A DNA stretch of 63,885 nt, filler included, from Fonticula-like sp. SCN 57-25 (lineage: Eukaryota): the NCBI GenBank assembly GCA_001724245.1. It is 3 parts of 3 records of this genome, joined end to end, with 100 filler letters (N's around TTAATTAATTAA, not from the genome) between each part and the next. Parts side by side here need not be neighbours in the genome. Positions count along the whole stretch, not along the records: positions 1 to 25,422 come from MEDX01000060.1; 2 more parts are not named here. One strand, written 5' to 3'. Both the position numbers and the translations under genes were made by a program. This document shows, piece after piece, positions 1-13,238 of the stretch. The first letter of the stretch is position 1. The number at the start of each line of letters is the position of its first letter. The notes under the pieces were generated by a model. It saw nothing but the letters and a program-made list of their open reading frames with translations, was not told the DNA's origin and ran no database searches.

Positions 1-94
1 CAGCCTTGGCGGGGGCCTTGCCAGCGGGCTTCTTGTCGGCGACGACCTTCTTCTCCTCCTCCTCCTTCTTGTTGACAACGGGCTTGGGGGCCAT
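1..94 (-). CDS. 5' end of a Lys/Ala/Pro-rich protein, possibly histone H2B (runs off window)
   Basis: ATG at 94 reads MAPKPVVNKKEEEEKKVVADKKPAGKAPAKA, like an H2B N-terminal tail; TATAAAA about 55 nt upstream on the minus strand (149-155). The histone fold is not in the window. Confidence 0.5.
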   Translation of the reverse strand, partial: MAPKPVVNKKEEEEKKVVADKKPAGKAPAKA

Positions 95-489
95 TTCTGC
101 TGATGCTGATGAGCAAAAAGTGATCTGCGCGGAAAGTGTCCCCCGCCCTTTTATACTCGGGAAAAAGTCAGTTACGATCCGCCTTCAACATGGCGCAATA
201 TGGGGCGGTGTTCGATCCGCGGATCCAACACCGCTTTGTTGGCTTTGCGCAACACGGCTGTGGCAGGTTGTGGAGTGCCCCTCAAGAGATTGATTGAAGT
301 CGAGCTTAGCAAACTTGCAATGCACGTAATGACGGCCTTTATAGCTGCGCAAAAGAATAGTTCATATATATAGACATGAGTACAGTCTCTTTTTTACAAT
401 CAGTGCATGCACTTTTAGGTTTATTTTTACCAAATATGATACTGATATTGGACCATAGCATCGATGTATGGTCATGCTGTGATCACGGA

Positions 490-1675
490 TCAGATCGAGA
501 CATGCGTATATTTTATTTGATATAAGAGGCCAACAAAGCAAAAAATGAGCCTATCGCCTACAAGATACCCGCCCACATCTCCTTTGAAAAGAGGAAGCAA
601 ACGAAAAAGACCATTGCGACATCGATCAAGAGCGCCGTGACGATGCGCTTGAACCCAAACGCGCCCACAGTGAGCCCCTCGACCTTGCGTTTCTCTGCAA
701 AGTAGCCCGTCTTGTAAAAGGTGTCCAGCAGCGCGTCCTTTTCGCGGTACCTCTCCTGTGTCCACGTGATGAACGCCGCCTCTTCCTTCGGGATGCTCTC
801 AACAGCTGCAAGGAAAATTAGCATGGCATCGTCGATGACCGGGATGGGATCGCGTACGGAACTTGCGGATGTGCATGTGGATGAATGGCGGCGACTTTCC
901 GTCGAGGAAAACGGAGCGGAGCGTGTACACGATCGACGGGTACTGCTTGGCGGTGGTGCCCTGGTAGGCGATCGTGATGTCGACGACGTCGTTGAGGACC
1001 GTGTGCAGCTGATCAAAGCAGTGGTAGAGGCCCGTCGTGCGCGGCACGAGCATGTGCTCGTACGGCTTCAGGTCGATCTGCTTGGCGTACTTTTCGCTCT
1101 TTTCGCGGCTCTCGGGGCGGATGATGGTCCCTTCGGGGAACACGACGAGCCAAAAGGGCCACGATGAGCGATCGCGGTACGTCGCAAAGTAGGAAGACAT
1201 GGACTTTTTGTCCTTTTCCCAGCTGCGCGCGAGGAAAATAAACTCAAAGAACCAGTACATGCCCCAGCCAAAGAAGGGGATGATGCGCAGCGACTTTTTC
1301 AGGATGATGCGCAGGGCGCCGGAAAGGCGGCGATTGTACGCCACAATCCACATGTACCACCAGTCGAGGAACGTCTGATGATTCGCAATCACAATGTAGT
1401 TTTCGCCGCGGAGCCTACGAAATGTCAGTAAAGGCGCGCGTGGCGAGCGATGCGCACTCGTCATGGTCGCCGCTGAGCACAAGGCGCGTCGGCGCAAAGA
1501 GGCTGGTGATCAGGACGATCTGCGCCGCCCATGCCTCCATCGACTGGCGCACGAGCGCCCTAAACTTGAACTTGCTAAACGGGCGCACCAGCAGGAAGGT
1601 GTACTGCGACAGCTGGATCGTCACGGCGATGCCGAGGAACAGCACCGCAAAGACGAGATACCGCAGCGCATTCAT
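490..1675 (-). CDS. Lysophospholipid acyltransferase (LCLAT1/Cst26/AGPAT family), 2 introns
   Basis: PlsC motifs NHQTFLDW, FIFLARSW, VFPEGT, LVPRTTG; GTGCGC..TAG intron at about 1415-1457 and GTACGC..CAG intron at about 806-857. Confidence 0.9.
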
Positions 1676-1877
1676 GGCGTGCCTGGCTCGTCGGTCGGAT
1701 TGCAAACTAAAGATCAGTTTGCAGTGGCGGGAAAACATAAAAAGTGCATTTTGGGCAACTTCTAAGGCACAGTGCGGCTACAATGAATATAATTATAGAC
1801 CAATAAAGGCAATATATTGTGATAGAATGATAGAATGAATGTCTAAATACAAAAGAAATACAACTAAAAATGCCATG

Positions 1878-2573
1878 TCAGATTTGCTGCAGTTGCCAGT
1901 TTAGCCTCCTTGCCTCGTCCACCGAGCGGTGCACCTGCCCCGAGATCGAGTCGATGTGGTCATTCTGCCTGTCAAGTTCGCACGAAATACTCGTCGCCTG
2001 CTCGCGCAGCTCACGCAGCATTCTGTCCATTCCGTCCATGTTGTCGGCGAGCCGCTTTTCGCGCCCATCATCATCGTCCAAGAGGTACTCCATGCGGGAG
2101 GGCGGCGCGTCAAAGGCGCTCGCGCTCGCCGACGCGCCGGGCTCGGGCGACAGCGAGGCGGACGCGCGCGGGAGCGGGGCCGAGGCGGAGCGCTCGGGGA
2201 GCGCCTTGGGCTTGCCGCGGCGGTGGCGGCGAAGGAAAGGGAAAAGGCAGCCGAGTTTGTTGGCGTCGCGGCGGGCCTCGCGAAGGGTCGACTTTACCGT
2301 CTCTGTGCGCCGATCAATTCGGCCAAGTTGCTCTGAAAAGAATGAGAAAGAAGAGAAAAAAGAAGGAAAAGTCAGTCAAAAATGCTGTGAAAAAGATGGC
2401 GCACCGCCCTGCTCGTGTAGGTTTCGTGATGTCTCTGCGCCGATCTGCGCGGTCGCCGACAGGTCCGACATGATGCGGTCCGACAGCACGAGCGAGTCGT
2501 CCACCGTGCGGCTCGCCTCGGCGTGTATGGCCTGAATCTCGCGCTCAATCTCCTCGTTCGATGCGGACCCCAT
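1878..2573 (-). CDS. SNAP-25/SNAP-29-like Qbc SNARE
   Basis: Two SNARE heptad motifs (IGAETSRNLHEQG-EQLGRI; ISCELDRQNDHIDSI), no TM anchor, one intron. Confidence 0.8.
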
Positions 2574-2702
2574 TGCGGCGATGTTGACGCGTGATGTCGT
2601 CACTGACGGTCAATGTCATCATTCTGCTTTGACGGACGGCGAAATGCTGACTCATCAAAATTCCTGCCGTTTCGCCGCCGTTTCGTTTCCCCTGACGGCG
2701 CC

Positions 2703-3158
2703 ATGACCATGGATCGCCACCCGCTCGGCTGGCTCGCGCGCCTTTTGTACATTCTCGAAGCCCTCGGCAACTATGCTGTCGGCATTGCGACGCTCGTTGA
2801 GCCCGCGCAGGTCCTTCCCATTCTCTGCCCGCTCATCTCTTCCACTGATCCGATGCTCACGCGCCCCGAGATCACGTACCTCGCGCGCATGCTCGGCATC
2901 ATGCTGACGCTCGGCGCCACCACAATGTTCTGGGTGTCGCTCTGCCGCCACCGCGCGACGCTGCTCGCCCTCTGCTGCGGCCTGCTCTTTGTCGATGTCT
3001 CGTGTACGACGCTCGCCTACACATACCTCGGCAGCCGGCTGCCCGACCCGAGCATCGCCGTCGCGCTCGCCATGTTTGTCCTCTACCTCTTGCTGCGCGT
3101 GTACTCTATCTTTGCAGTGCTCTTTTCGTCGTCAAAGCAGCGCGAAAAGTCGCACTAG
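2703..3158 (+). CDS. Small multi-pass membrane protein, unknown function
   Basis: Intronless ORF with about 4 hydrophobic segments and GC3-rich codons. Confidence 0.65.
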   Translation: MTMDRHPLGWLARLLYILEALGNYAVGIATLVEPAQVLPILCPLISSTDPMLTRPEITYLARMLGIMLTLGATTMFWVSLCRHRATLLALCCGLLFVDVSCTTLAYTYLGSRLPDPSIAVALAMFVLYLLLRVYSIFAVLFSSSKQREKSH

Positions 3159-3312
3159 GCCATGAAAGTTGTACGGAAATAAAGGTTAAAATTGATTGGC
3201 GCGAAAGCTGTGATAGCCATAAAGTACATAAAAATGGACAAAAAAGCACCAAAAAAGCACCAAATAGCATAAAAAGGCATAAAAAGGCACCAAAAAAGAC
3301 TTATTTTGTGTC

Positions 3313-6058
3313 TTATTTGGCGTCTTCTTCAACTAAACTGTCCGCCTCACTTGCCCTTGCACTCTTCTTTTCCTCACTCGCCGTGCTCCCAATTGACGAG
3401 CTTGACGCCGTCCCGCCTCCTCTCCTGCGCGCAAAAAAGCTGCTTACACTTGACCGCACTGACCCAACGAGCCGCATTCCTTCTTCGCCCGCCATTGAGA
3501 GCGACTGCTGTACCATTGGCGCAATGTCGCGTCGGATCTGTTCTTGAACGCTCGATACTTTGTTGCTGATATTGTTGCCAATGACCGTCGCAGACCTGAA
3601 TGAATGTTAGAAAAGGAAAGATAAAATGACATAAAAGACATGAAAAGACAAAGAAAATGGCATTAAAAGACACGAAAGTATATATAAAAGTACATACACT
3701 GACATGTAAACGACACATAAATAGACATAAAACTCATAAAATGACACAAAAAGACACATAAATAGACATAAATATACATAAAATGACACAAAAAAACACC
3801 GTTATGCATTGTTCGTACTGAATGAGGCGTGTCTGCAAAGGGTCTTCGTGCCATGGATGACCCGGCACAGTCGACGGCAAAAGTCGCCCTGTACTCGCAA
3901 GTGCATTCCATCCAGCAAAGTTGCGTGTGCCTCGCCAGCCAATAATAAACTTGTTGCCATAATCGGAAAGTGACACAATTGGCTCATTTGCAGTAGTAGT
4001 AGTAGTAGTAGATGTAGTAGATGTAGTAGAAGTAATAGATGTAGATGAAGCAACTGTAGATGTAGATGGAATAGAAGATGTAACTGAAGATGGAATTGAA
4101 GATGTAGTGACAGTGATTGAGGGAAGTGAAGCATCTACAATGTTTGTAGAATCACTCACAGATACGATTCCGGAATCATTATTGTCAATTCCAGAATGAG
4201 TATTGTCAATATCAGCATGAGTATTGTCAATATCAGCATGAGTATTGTCAATATCAGCATCGATTCCAGAATCAATTTTCATTCCAGAATCACTTTCAGT
4301 TTCGCCCGCTCTTGCCGGCAGTGGCGGTGCAATTTCCTCTTCCCCAGGCTGAACAGTCACCGTCACACTCTGACCACGTGGCCTCGCAATGGCCACATTA
4401 CTTGATGACGCATCCATCACGTGATCACCATAAAACGTATGATGCGCCGTCGACAGAAACGACAAAAAGTACACTTCAAACTGCTGCCTCACCCAATCAT
4501 CGCTGCCTTCCCAGCCACTTTGAGCATCACGCTCACTTGCTGCAACTATGGCCACGTGTCAGGCAAACTAGTTTGCACATTAAAGTCAGTTTCAAACGGA
4601 CCTGCATCATAGGCGATGCTTGCGATGGTGTCGATGAAGCGCCGGTCGGAGATGGTGAGGCTCACGGCGGCGGCCAAGGCGGGGTCGGAAATTTCAAATG
4701 ACATTGTGTCAAGCTGTCAATGTGTCAGTAGGGCTATAAATGGGAATGTTGCTATTTATGGCGCACGTCGAGGACGACGTCGGCGGCGGCGAGCTTGCTT
4801 TCCTTGATGATTTGGTTGTTGCAGCCGACGAGGGCGGACGAGGCGGAGGCGAGATCGTCGAGCTGCATAAGTGAGCAGTACGGCTGAAGTGTGCCCTGAA
4901 GTAGGAAAGTGTAAGAAAAAGTAAGGAAGAAGACATAAAAGTGGGGGTAAAATGCAGTAAAAGTAGGCAAAAGTGGGTAAAATGACCACAAATGACCATG
5001 AATGACACAAAATATGGTCATGATTATGTTGGCAAAAAACACAAAATAACACAAAATAACCAAAATTGACCACAAAACAACACTAAAATCCACTAAAATG
5101 ACACTTATTCTCCCTTATAATCTCAATGTTTTCTATTTCGTACGTGAGAGTATATTGACAGTGGAAGGCCGTGCGCCGCCCACGCGTCCCGCTCCGCCCC
5201 CGCGTACGCCGAGAACGCGATCGTCCCCGAGCTCAGCGACTGCAGCAGGCCAGGAAAGAGCGACGCCAGCGTGTAAATAAACGTGCTCAGCGTCGAAGCG
5301 GCGCCGGCAGAGAAAATAATAATTTTCTTTTCGAGCATCATGCACTTTAGCAGCGACAGCAGCTTGACGCCATGCGTCAGGAGCATCGACCGCGGCGTCG
5401 TTCCTGCAAGCTAGTTAATTGACGCCGAAATGACACAAAAAGACATGAAAAGGAAGAAAAATGGCGGACCGACGTAAAAGAGGGACGAATCGCCGTGCGG
5501 CGTCGTGGCATTGCTCGTGCCGATGAGATGGCGCTCAAACTCGTGGAGGATCGCCGTCTGAGAAAAGTCGCGCTCGTTGAAGAGCGCCGCCGAGACAATG
5601 TCCAGCTTGGAGCAAATGACGCCAAAGAGCGGTTGGCGCAGGAGAACGACCACCGCTTTTTGCACAGAGCTGCGCGTGATGTCGGCCGTGCGCGTCGACA
5701 GCTCCTGTGAGGCAGCATGAGCACGGGATTCAGAAAAAAAAAAATATATGTGACGCACGCTGGCCCGAATCTGACGGTAAAAAGAGACGCCGTACAGCGG
5801 CGTATTGGCGACTATCGCGTCCTCTGGGACTGCCTCGAGCATGAAAAAGGAAAAGTCCGAATTGCGATGGTGGATGCCATCGGGCAGCGCGAGGAACGGG
5901 AGGAATCGCCACTCGTGCGGAAGCGAGTACGGCGACGCGCCAACTACATTCGACTGCTTTTTCGCGGCGGGAAGCGCGGGCAGCGAAAGGTCCACCTGCG
6001 GGCCAAGCGTGTGGTGAAAGCCCACAAGCATCACGTACGCGACCGGCGCATCATCCAT
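3313..6058 (-). CDS. AVL9: AVL9 (DENN-like) late secretory pathway protein, multi-exon
   Basis: VGFHHTLGPQV, WRFLPFLALPDG, LYGVSFYRQI, RSSVQKAVVV, LKCMMLEKKI, WEGSDDWVRQQFEVY. Confidence 0.88.
4188..4270. repeat. 21-bp coding minisatellite (ADIDNTH x3-4) in an AVL9 exon
   Basis: ATTGTCAATATCAGCATGAGT repeated in tandem. Confidence 0.85.
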
Positions 6059-6092
6059 GGCAGCCCGCTCTGTTGACCAAGTCCCTGACAAT

Positions 6093-6122
6093 CAGTTTGC
6101 AGTTTGCAGTTTGCAGTTTGCA
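6093..6122. promoter_or_regulatory. (CAGTTTG)x4 tandem motif upstream of AVL9
   Basis: Directly visible; the same motif recurs upstream of several other genes. Confidence 0.5.
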
Positions 6123-6314
6123 TATTTGTGCGAATCTGTGAAGCTGCTGTGAAGTGTGCAGTGATGCCATGCGACGCCATTGCCGAGAGAGAATTTATTC
6201 ATGTTTAACCAGAGGTCATAGGGGCAAAAAGCAACGAAAACTGTGCTAAACTAACAGATCGGCACGACTATTACGATGGAAAAAGAATTGAAAACCTATG
6301 AAAAAAAAAACTGT

Positions 6315-9300
6315 CTAGCTGAGCATCTCGACGTAGTTTGACGGGATGAGGCCCTTGCGGCCCGCGAGCGATCCCTCCCACCAGTCGCCCGACTCCTTCT
6401 TCGTGATAGTGATGACGTCACCCGTCACGAAGGTGAGCTCGTCGGCCTCGGTCGCCGTGTAGTCGTACAGCGCGCGGCACGTCGGAAGCTTGGGCTTGGG
6501 CGCCGGCGGCGGAATCGGACGCTTTCCAGACGCACCAACACTAGAGAAAGAAAAGAAATGTAAGTCAAAGGGAAATGAAAAGTACAGGCAAAAAGTAACA
6601 AAACATGGTCAAAAACATGCAAAACATAGGCAAAAATACTCAAAACCATACACAAAAACTACACTTCCATACACAAAAACAACATCCAAAAAACAGTCAA
6701 ACGCACCCTGGCACTGGACGTGCGCCTCCCGGCCGCGGCCCAATCGCCGCCGCCACATCCGCCCCACGCTGCACCGGCGCCGCCGCCGCCGCCGCCTGCG
6801 GCGCCGGCCTCGCCATCATCCCCATCATCGGCGGCCTCCCCATGCCCATCGGCGGCCTCGCCACGGGCGCTGCCTGCGGCGGCGCCTGCTGATACGCCGG
6901 CTGCGGCGGCGCCGGCTGCTGATATGCCGGCTGCGGCTGCTGATAAGCCGGCTGCTGCGGGCGCGCTTGAGGGGCACTGCGCGTCGGCCCACGCCCCGCC
7001 GGCTGCGCCAAGCTCCTCGACGGCGCAATATTGCGCGAGTCCTTTGGCAGCCCCGGCGGCACCTTTAGCACGCCATTCTTCATTGTCGGCGCCCTCACGA
7101 CGCTGTCCGGGACAAACTTGATCACTTGCTTTCCCTTTTTCAGCGCGTACTGAATCTGGTCCGAAAACACTAAAGGCGTCTCGCGGCGCAAATGTTCCAT
7201 CGACTTTTGCTGGATCGCCACGATAAGTTCCGTCTTGAAGACGCTCTCAAAGACATTGTCGTATTCGCCGGTCACGTGGATGACAAAAATGTCGTCGGCC
7301 AGCGTCGACACTGAGATGCCAGAGATGGCCTCGAGGCCCAGTTTGCGCTTGACGACGTTGACGTACTTGCCCTTGTTGGGGCCTTCCTTGGCTTTTTCGA
7401 GGGCGATGAGGTAGAGGGTGCGCTCGCCGAGGAGGAGCACGCGGGGTTGCGGCTTGTAGCGGCGCTCGTACTTGATGATGTTGTCGGCAAAGACAATGCG
7501 CTCTTTCTTGTCTGAAAGAGGAAAGAGGAAGGGGAATGAGTAAAAAATAAGGGCAAAAATTGAACAGAAATCAGACACGAAACAAGAAAATCAGACACAA
7601 AATTATGCAATTCAGACACAATTCAGACATAAAACAAGCACAAAATAATCAATTTAGCAACAATTCAGACACAATTTAAACACAATACAAGCGAATCAGA
7701 CGAATCAGATGAATCAGACGTACCGACAAGAGTGCGCAGGCTCGGATTGTCGAGGAATCCGATATAGTCGCCAATGTACTCGCGCTTGAGACTGATGCGC
7801 TTGCGCTCCTTGCGGCCGACCATAATATCTTGCGCTGATTACGTCATCAGTATCATCAACATGACGTAATATGAGGCCACGTACACTTTTCCTTGAGCTC
7901 GAGGAAGTACTTGCGCGCCTTCCATGAGCGGTACGCGCGCTGAATCTTGACGGCGTAGCTGTGGTACTTGCGGCCGCGCATCTCTTCAAGCAAAAAGAGC
8001 TGAAAAAATGAGTGTTAGCAAGGGGTAAAGTGAAGGTAAAGTAAGGTAAAGTGAGGTATAATGAGGTAAAGTAAGGTAAAGTGAGGTAAAGTGGCACAAA
8101 AGTGACACTAAAAATGACACAAAAACAACACAAAATGAAGTAAATTGACACAAATTGACACAAAAATCACATAAAAATGACCAAAAACACCCAATAAACC
8201 CAAAATATCACAAAATTTCGTACCGACTCTGGCGACTTGATAAACACCTTGGTCCTCCCCATCTGATACTGCGCCGGGTCCATATCCACCGACTTTAGCA
8301 CATGAATCACCCCCTGCTGCGCCTGCCCCGCCCACGTGGGGAACGTTTCCGGCGTCAAAATCGCAAACCTGCGCAGGAACTTTTCATACACCTGGCGGTA
8401 CGCATAGCCCGCGCGGCGAATGCGAATGTTCTCCTTGAGGTTCAGATAACGAACCTGATGCGTCACGTGACCATTGTCCCAGTCCTTTGCCTTTTTCGTC
8501 TCGTTGGGCTTGATGCAGCGGATGTAGTGGGGGGTGCACTTGACGAGCGTCTCGACGAGGACGTTGGCTTGGTTTTTGATCTTAAAGGCGGCGGTGGTGG
8601 GGCGCTTCTTGTCGTCAGAGTTCATCTCTTCAGGGAAGAGAGAGCGAATGAAGGGGCTAGGGAAAAGAGTCAGTAAAAGTGGTTGAAAAAGAGACAGTAA
8701 AGTATCATTAAAAGTGACATTAGACAATAAAAGTATCATTAAAAGTAAACAAAAGTATCATTAAAGTGACAATAAAACAACAACAAGTATCATAAAAGTG
8801 ACAATAAAGCAACAAATGAATCATTAAAAGTGACAATAAACCAACAAAGGTATCATTAAAAGTGACAATAGACAACAAAAAGTATCATTAAAAGTGACAA
8901 GAACTCAACAAAAGCATCATTAAAAGTGACAATAAACTACTAAAAACCAGAAAAACACCCATAAAACCCCAATATCCCCCTCTTCATCCCCACGTACTTT
9001 GAAGTGGTCTGCATGAGGACGATGAGATCCTTGTAGAGCGTATCCCTATTCGCCTCACAAAACCCAGTGCCATCATACGTCACCTTACCCGCATAATGCG
9101 TCACCACAAACGACGCATCCAGCCCCCTAAAATGCGCATGATCACTGATACTCATCTGCAGCTTATTCAGCAGCTTTGCATCCGCGCCCTCTGATTGGCC
9201 GTGCAGCTGCGCGCAAATGTCATCGAGCACGGCCATAATGCCGACAGGGCGCTTTGACTCGATCAGATCGCACACGATCTTGTTGTTGAAAAAGTCGATC

Positions 9301-10959
9301 GGCGTCCACTGAATGCCTTCGCTCGCGTACTCGTCCTGCTCGGCGCGCAAGGTGAGCTCGATGAAAATTTGCTGCAGTTTTTCGTTGACATAGTTGATGC
9401 AGAATTGCTCAAAGCCGTTCTTTTGGAAAATCTCAAAGCCGTAAATGTCGAGCACGCCGAGGCACATGGACTCGCTGTCTTTCTTGAGGCACTTGTTGAC
9501 GGCCTCGACAATCCAGTCGAACACGCGCGAGTAGAGGGCTTTGGCGAGGGCGTTGCGGGAATGCGTGGCTTGGTCGACGTTGAGGGTGAGGTCGACAACG
9601 TCGGTGCGGCCGCGCTCGACGGTGGCCATCTGGCGAGTGAGAAGCTTCTTGGAGAGCGTCGCTGTATCAATTCCCAAAAGGTACGACGGGAAATCAAGCG
9701 CTAAAAGGGTGGAAAAGTGGCAAAAAAGGGTGGAAAAAGACGCATTTCATGGTTAGAATGTCGTAAAAAATGACCAAATTTGGCCAAATTTGGTCGAAAA
9801 ACAACAAAAGTTGACGCACTGGCGTTGTTTTGGATTTGCGCGTTGTTGTTGTTCTCGGTAAAGGTAATGTTTCCGAGGTGCAGAATTCCCGCCGTGATGG
9901 ACAAGAGGTTGTGCTGGTCCTCGGGCGAGATGCCGCAGACAGTCATCGCGTGGCGCATCTCGCGGTAGTCCTTGGGGTCGTCCTGGCCGTCGGCGTCGTA
10001 CGTGCCGCTCATGCTCAGGTAGTTGAAGTAGTCGGGCGACGTCAGGCCATACGCATCTACAAGACAAAAGCAACAAAATGCGTGTCAGCATGGTCTAGAA
10101 TTAAACAAAAAGAGGCCAAAAATGAATATTTTGTACCCTTTTCTTCCTTGGTGGCGCCCTTGGTGAGCTGGTAAAACACGTGGAAATTGCGCTCGCCCTG
10201 CTGCTGGTAGGTGACGCGCGACTTTTCCAGCAAAAAGTTGGAGATCTTGCCGCCGTCGGGGACACCGCCGCGCGTAAACTCGATCTGAAAGTACTTTCCA
10301 AAGCGGCTCGAGTTGTTGTTGCGGAGCGTCTTGGCGTTGCCAAAGGCCTCGAGGAGCGGGTTGGACTCGAGGATGATCTCCTTGACGTTGTCAAGCTCGG
10401 GCGCCTTGGGGGCGACAGAGGCAATGTAGTTCATGATGTACTTGGCGGAGACAGTCTTGCCGGCGCCGGATTCACCACTGATAATGACGCACTGGCTCTC
10501 GCCTTCGAGCATCATCTCGCGGTACATGTGGTCGGTCAGCGCGTAAATGTGCGGCGGGACCTCATGCGGCGTCTGTACACGCATCGTGGTGAGGATTCAA
10601 AGATAGAAGAGAGTAAACGGGTAACGCACGCAGTTGGTGTAGACCTCAAGCTCCTTCTCCGAAAAGTACGGCAGCGACTTGAACGGATTAACTGCGATCA
10701 GGATAGGGCCAATGTACGTCTAAACGGACTAGTCAGCGGCGGTGAGCTACGTGCAATGCGCGTACGTAGATGAGATCGTCCATGAACCGCTTCTTGATGT
10801 TCTCCACGACGTTGTCGTCGGCAATCTTGTTGATAAGGACCATGTCCTCCAGGCCGCTGGAGGCCTTGCCCTTCACCTCCCAGTCGAATCGCTTAAACTG
10901 ATGGCCGCCACGCGAGCGTTACTACCTCGCCCGCAGCAATCGACCAAGACACGTACCAT
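6315..10959 (-). CDS. Long-tailed class I myosin (MYO1E/F-like: motor, IQ, TH1, GPA/Q-rich TH2, SH3)
   Basis: [47 protein letters not shown]1 region, C-terminal SH3 ([17 protein letters not shown]). The first exon is the ATG only. Confidence 0.95.
8695..8940. repeat. Intronic minisatellite, about 30-bp unit (AAAAGTATCATTAAAAGTGACAATAAA...)
   Basis: About 8-9 degenerate tandem copies in a myosin intron. Confidence 0.85.
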
Positions 10960-11469
10960 GGTTACCCGACGAGGTCAGACGCGCCGTGTGCGCCAATGTT
11001 TCCTATGGCAGCGCCCCTTTACTCTGTCAAACCCAGTCGCGCAGCTCGAGTGCTGACTGCAAGGACGCGGCCACGCAAACGGAACCGCAAGGTATGCGCC
11101 TCTATTCAAAACACGCAAGAGAAAAGTAAGCGTGAATCGAATCTGATTGGCTGGCCGGGGAATGCGCGTCATCCCATTGGTCGCTCGGAATCACATACAC
11201 CCCAGACTCTGGGGGTGCTGTCGACGACGAATCTGGGGCAGACTCGGGGGTGACTCTGATGGAACGCGGTCTCTGTTTACAGTCAAATGGAACGCGGGAA
11301 TTTGGCGGGAATTGGAACGCTGTTTACGTGTCAAATGTGTCATTCTGCCACAATAGGGACAAATTACATTGAAACCGTCAATTAAATATGTATTTCGTGC
11401 TTGTTATTGTCTCGAAAGTATATTAATAATTGCAATTTACAGTTCTAAAATGGTCTATAAAGCTTCTTC

Positions 11470-13203
11470 TCATACGAGCTTTTCGAGCGTGAGCACGCGC
11501 AGCGGCGGCACCTCGGTGTCACTCAGCTGCAGTCGCCTGCTCTGCTCAATACGCACAGTCACCCTATTAAAGCACCCGTCGCACACCCTTCTCGGCGGGG
11601 GCGGCTGCTTGAGACTTTCATTCGCGTCCACAAACGTGATCATCTTTGACGAGCACTCTTGGCACACGAGCACGCCACATACGCGGCAGTGGTGACGCCC
11701 ATTAAAGAACCACCAAAAGACGTCGCCGCACAGCCGACAACAAGGCGAAGCACTGTCGGGCTCCCACTCGGCCGGGCGCCTACACAGAACAAACGCACAG
11801 TCAGCAACAGAATTTTCATGTTTCAAGTGTGTGTTTGCCTGCGTACACGAGGCGGACGGACGCGTCTTCTTCTTCGCGCACGTCAAAGTCCTCTTGATTA
11901 ATAAACACGTCACGTGCCACGCGGAGAAGGCGGCGCTCATTTTCGGCGGGAAATGCCTGCAAAAGAAAGCTCGACTCGGCGTCGTAATCGTCGAGCTCGG
12001 CGCACGCGCCAAAGCGCAGCAGCTGCATGCACGTACGAAGAAGCGGACTGGGGTAAAAGAGGAGTCAGCAAAGATATAAATAGAGTAAAAAGGCGCACCG
12101 CTCTTCCTTGCCGGTGACGAGCAGCTTGAGAGGTGTGTCGCCGCACGCGTTCACAGCGTTGGGCCACGCGCCCTTGTGCAGCAAAAGCTGAATTCTATGG
12201 CAGAATTAGAGACAATAATGAAAGAATTCAGCGTACATTTCCGTGTTGCGCGACAAGCACGCCTCGTGGAGCGGCGAGCAGGCGTCGGACCGCGTGGCGG
12301 TGTTTGGGTTCACGTCAGCCTTGTAGAGAAGGTGTGCGACAATGCTCGTGTGGCCATGGCGCACCGCCAGCTGCAGCAGTCTGTTTCAACTCTTTAGCAA
12401 ACCAATTATAAAAACAACAACGTACGAGTCGCAGCTGGCCGTGAGCGCGGTCATGTCGGCCTTTTCCTCGGCCAGGAGCGCGACGGTCGACAGGTATCCG
12501 GCGATGCACGCGAGGTGGATCGGCGCAAAGCCGTCAGAGTCCCTGAGGTTGATGGACGACTCGACTGCGCTGTCCTGCTTCTTGTGAAAGTGGTGCTTGA
12601 TAAAGTCGTTGTCGCCGTGAAGCGCGGCAGAGTGCAGCGTGCCAATGATGCGCCGATGCTGCCACCCGATCTCGCCCGCGGGCGCCGGCGACTGCTGCAG
12701 GATAAGGATCTGCAGATCGCGCACCCACGACGCCATGACCTTGCTGGTCGGGGGCAGCGCGTCCAGCTTGGTGTAAACGTTGTCGGCGCCCCACACCTGG
12801 AAGCGGAACTGCCACGCGCTCGTGTCGGCCGCCAGATTGAGCGTGGCACCAGCGAGGCTAATGACATTGTCGACATGAAGGCGGCCGTCGGCATCCCGCA
12901 TCGTAAGCAGCACGTGCTTGCTCAGCAGCACGACATAAAGCACGGCCTTTTCCTGCGCGCTAAACAGCTCTCCCTCGCGAATAAGGCACTGGTCAGCCGC
13001 TGTCCACGTTGCACGTGAGTAAAATAACACGCATGCATCCGATGCGCACATTTCAAGAGGCCCTCGGGCACCTTTCCGTCGGCATCGACGACCGCGTCCC
13101 TTATCTCTGCCCACCGCTCGCGCGCCGCCTGGTTCACCGGGAGCAGCGCGCTCTCGGCGACCGTCCACGGCACCTGCAGCGACACTGGCGGCGGCGTTGC
13201 CAT
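11470..13203 (-). CDS. PH-like + ankyrin repeat + FYVE domain protein
   Basis: LIREGEL..WVRDL (PH-like); GFAPIHLAC, SPLHEAC, GDTPLKLL (ankyrin); WEPD..C..C..RHHCRVCG..VC..CS..RVCDGC (FYVE). Confidence 0.8.
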
Positions 13204-13238
13204 GTTGGGCACGTGTACAGAAGTGGTGTGTCAGCAAG

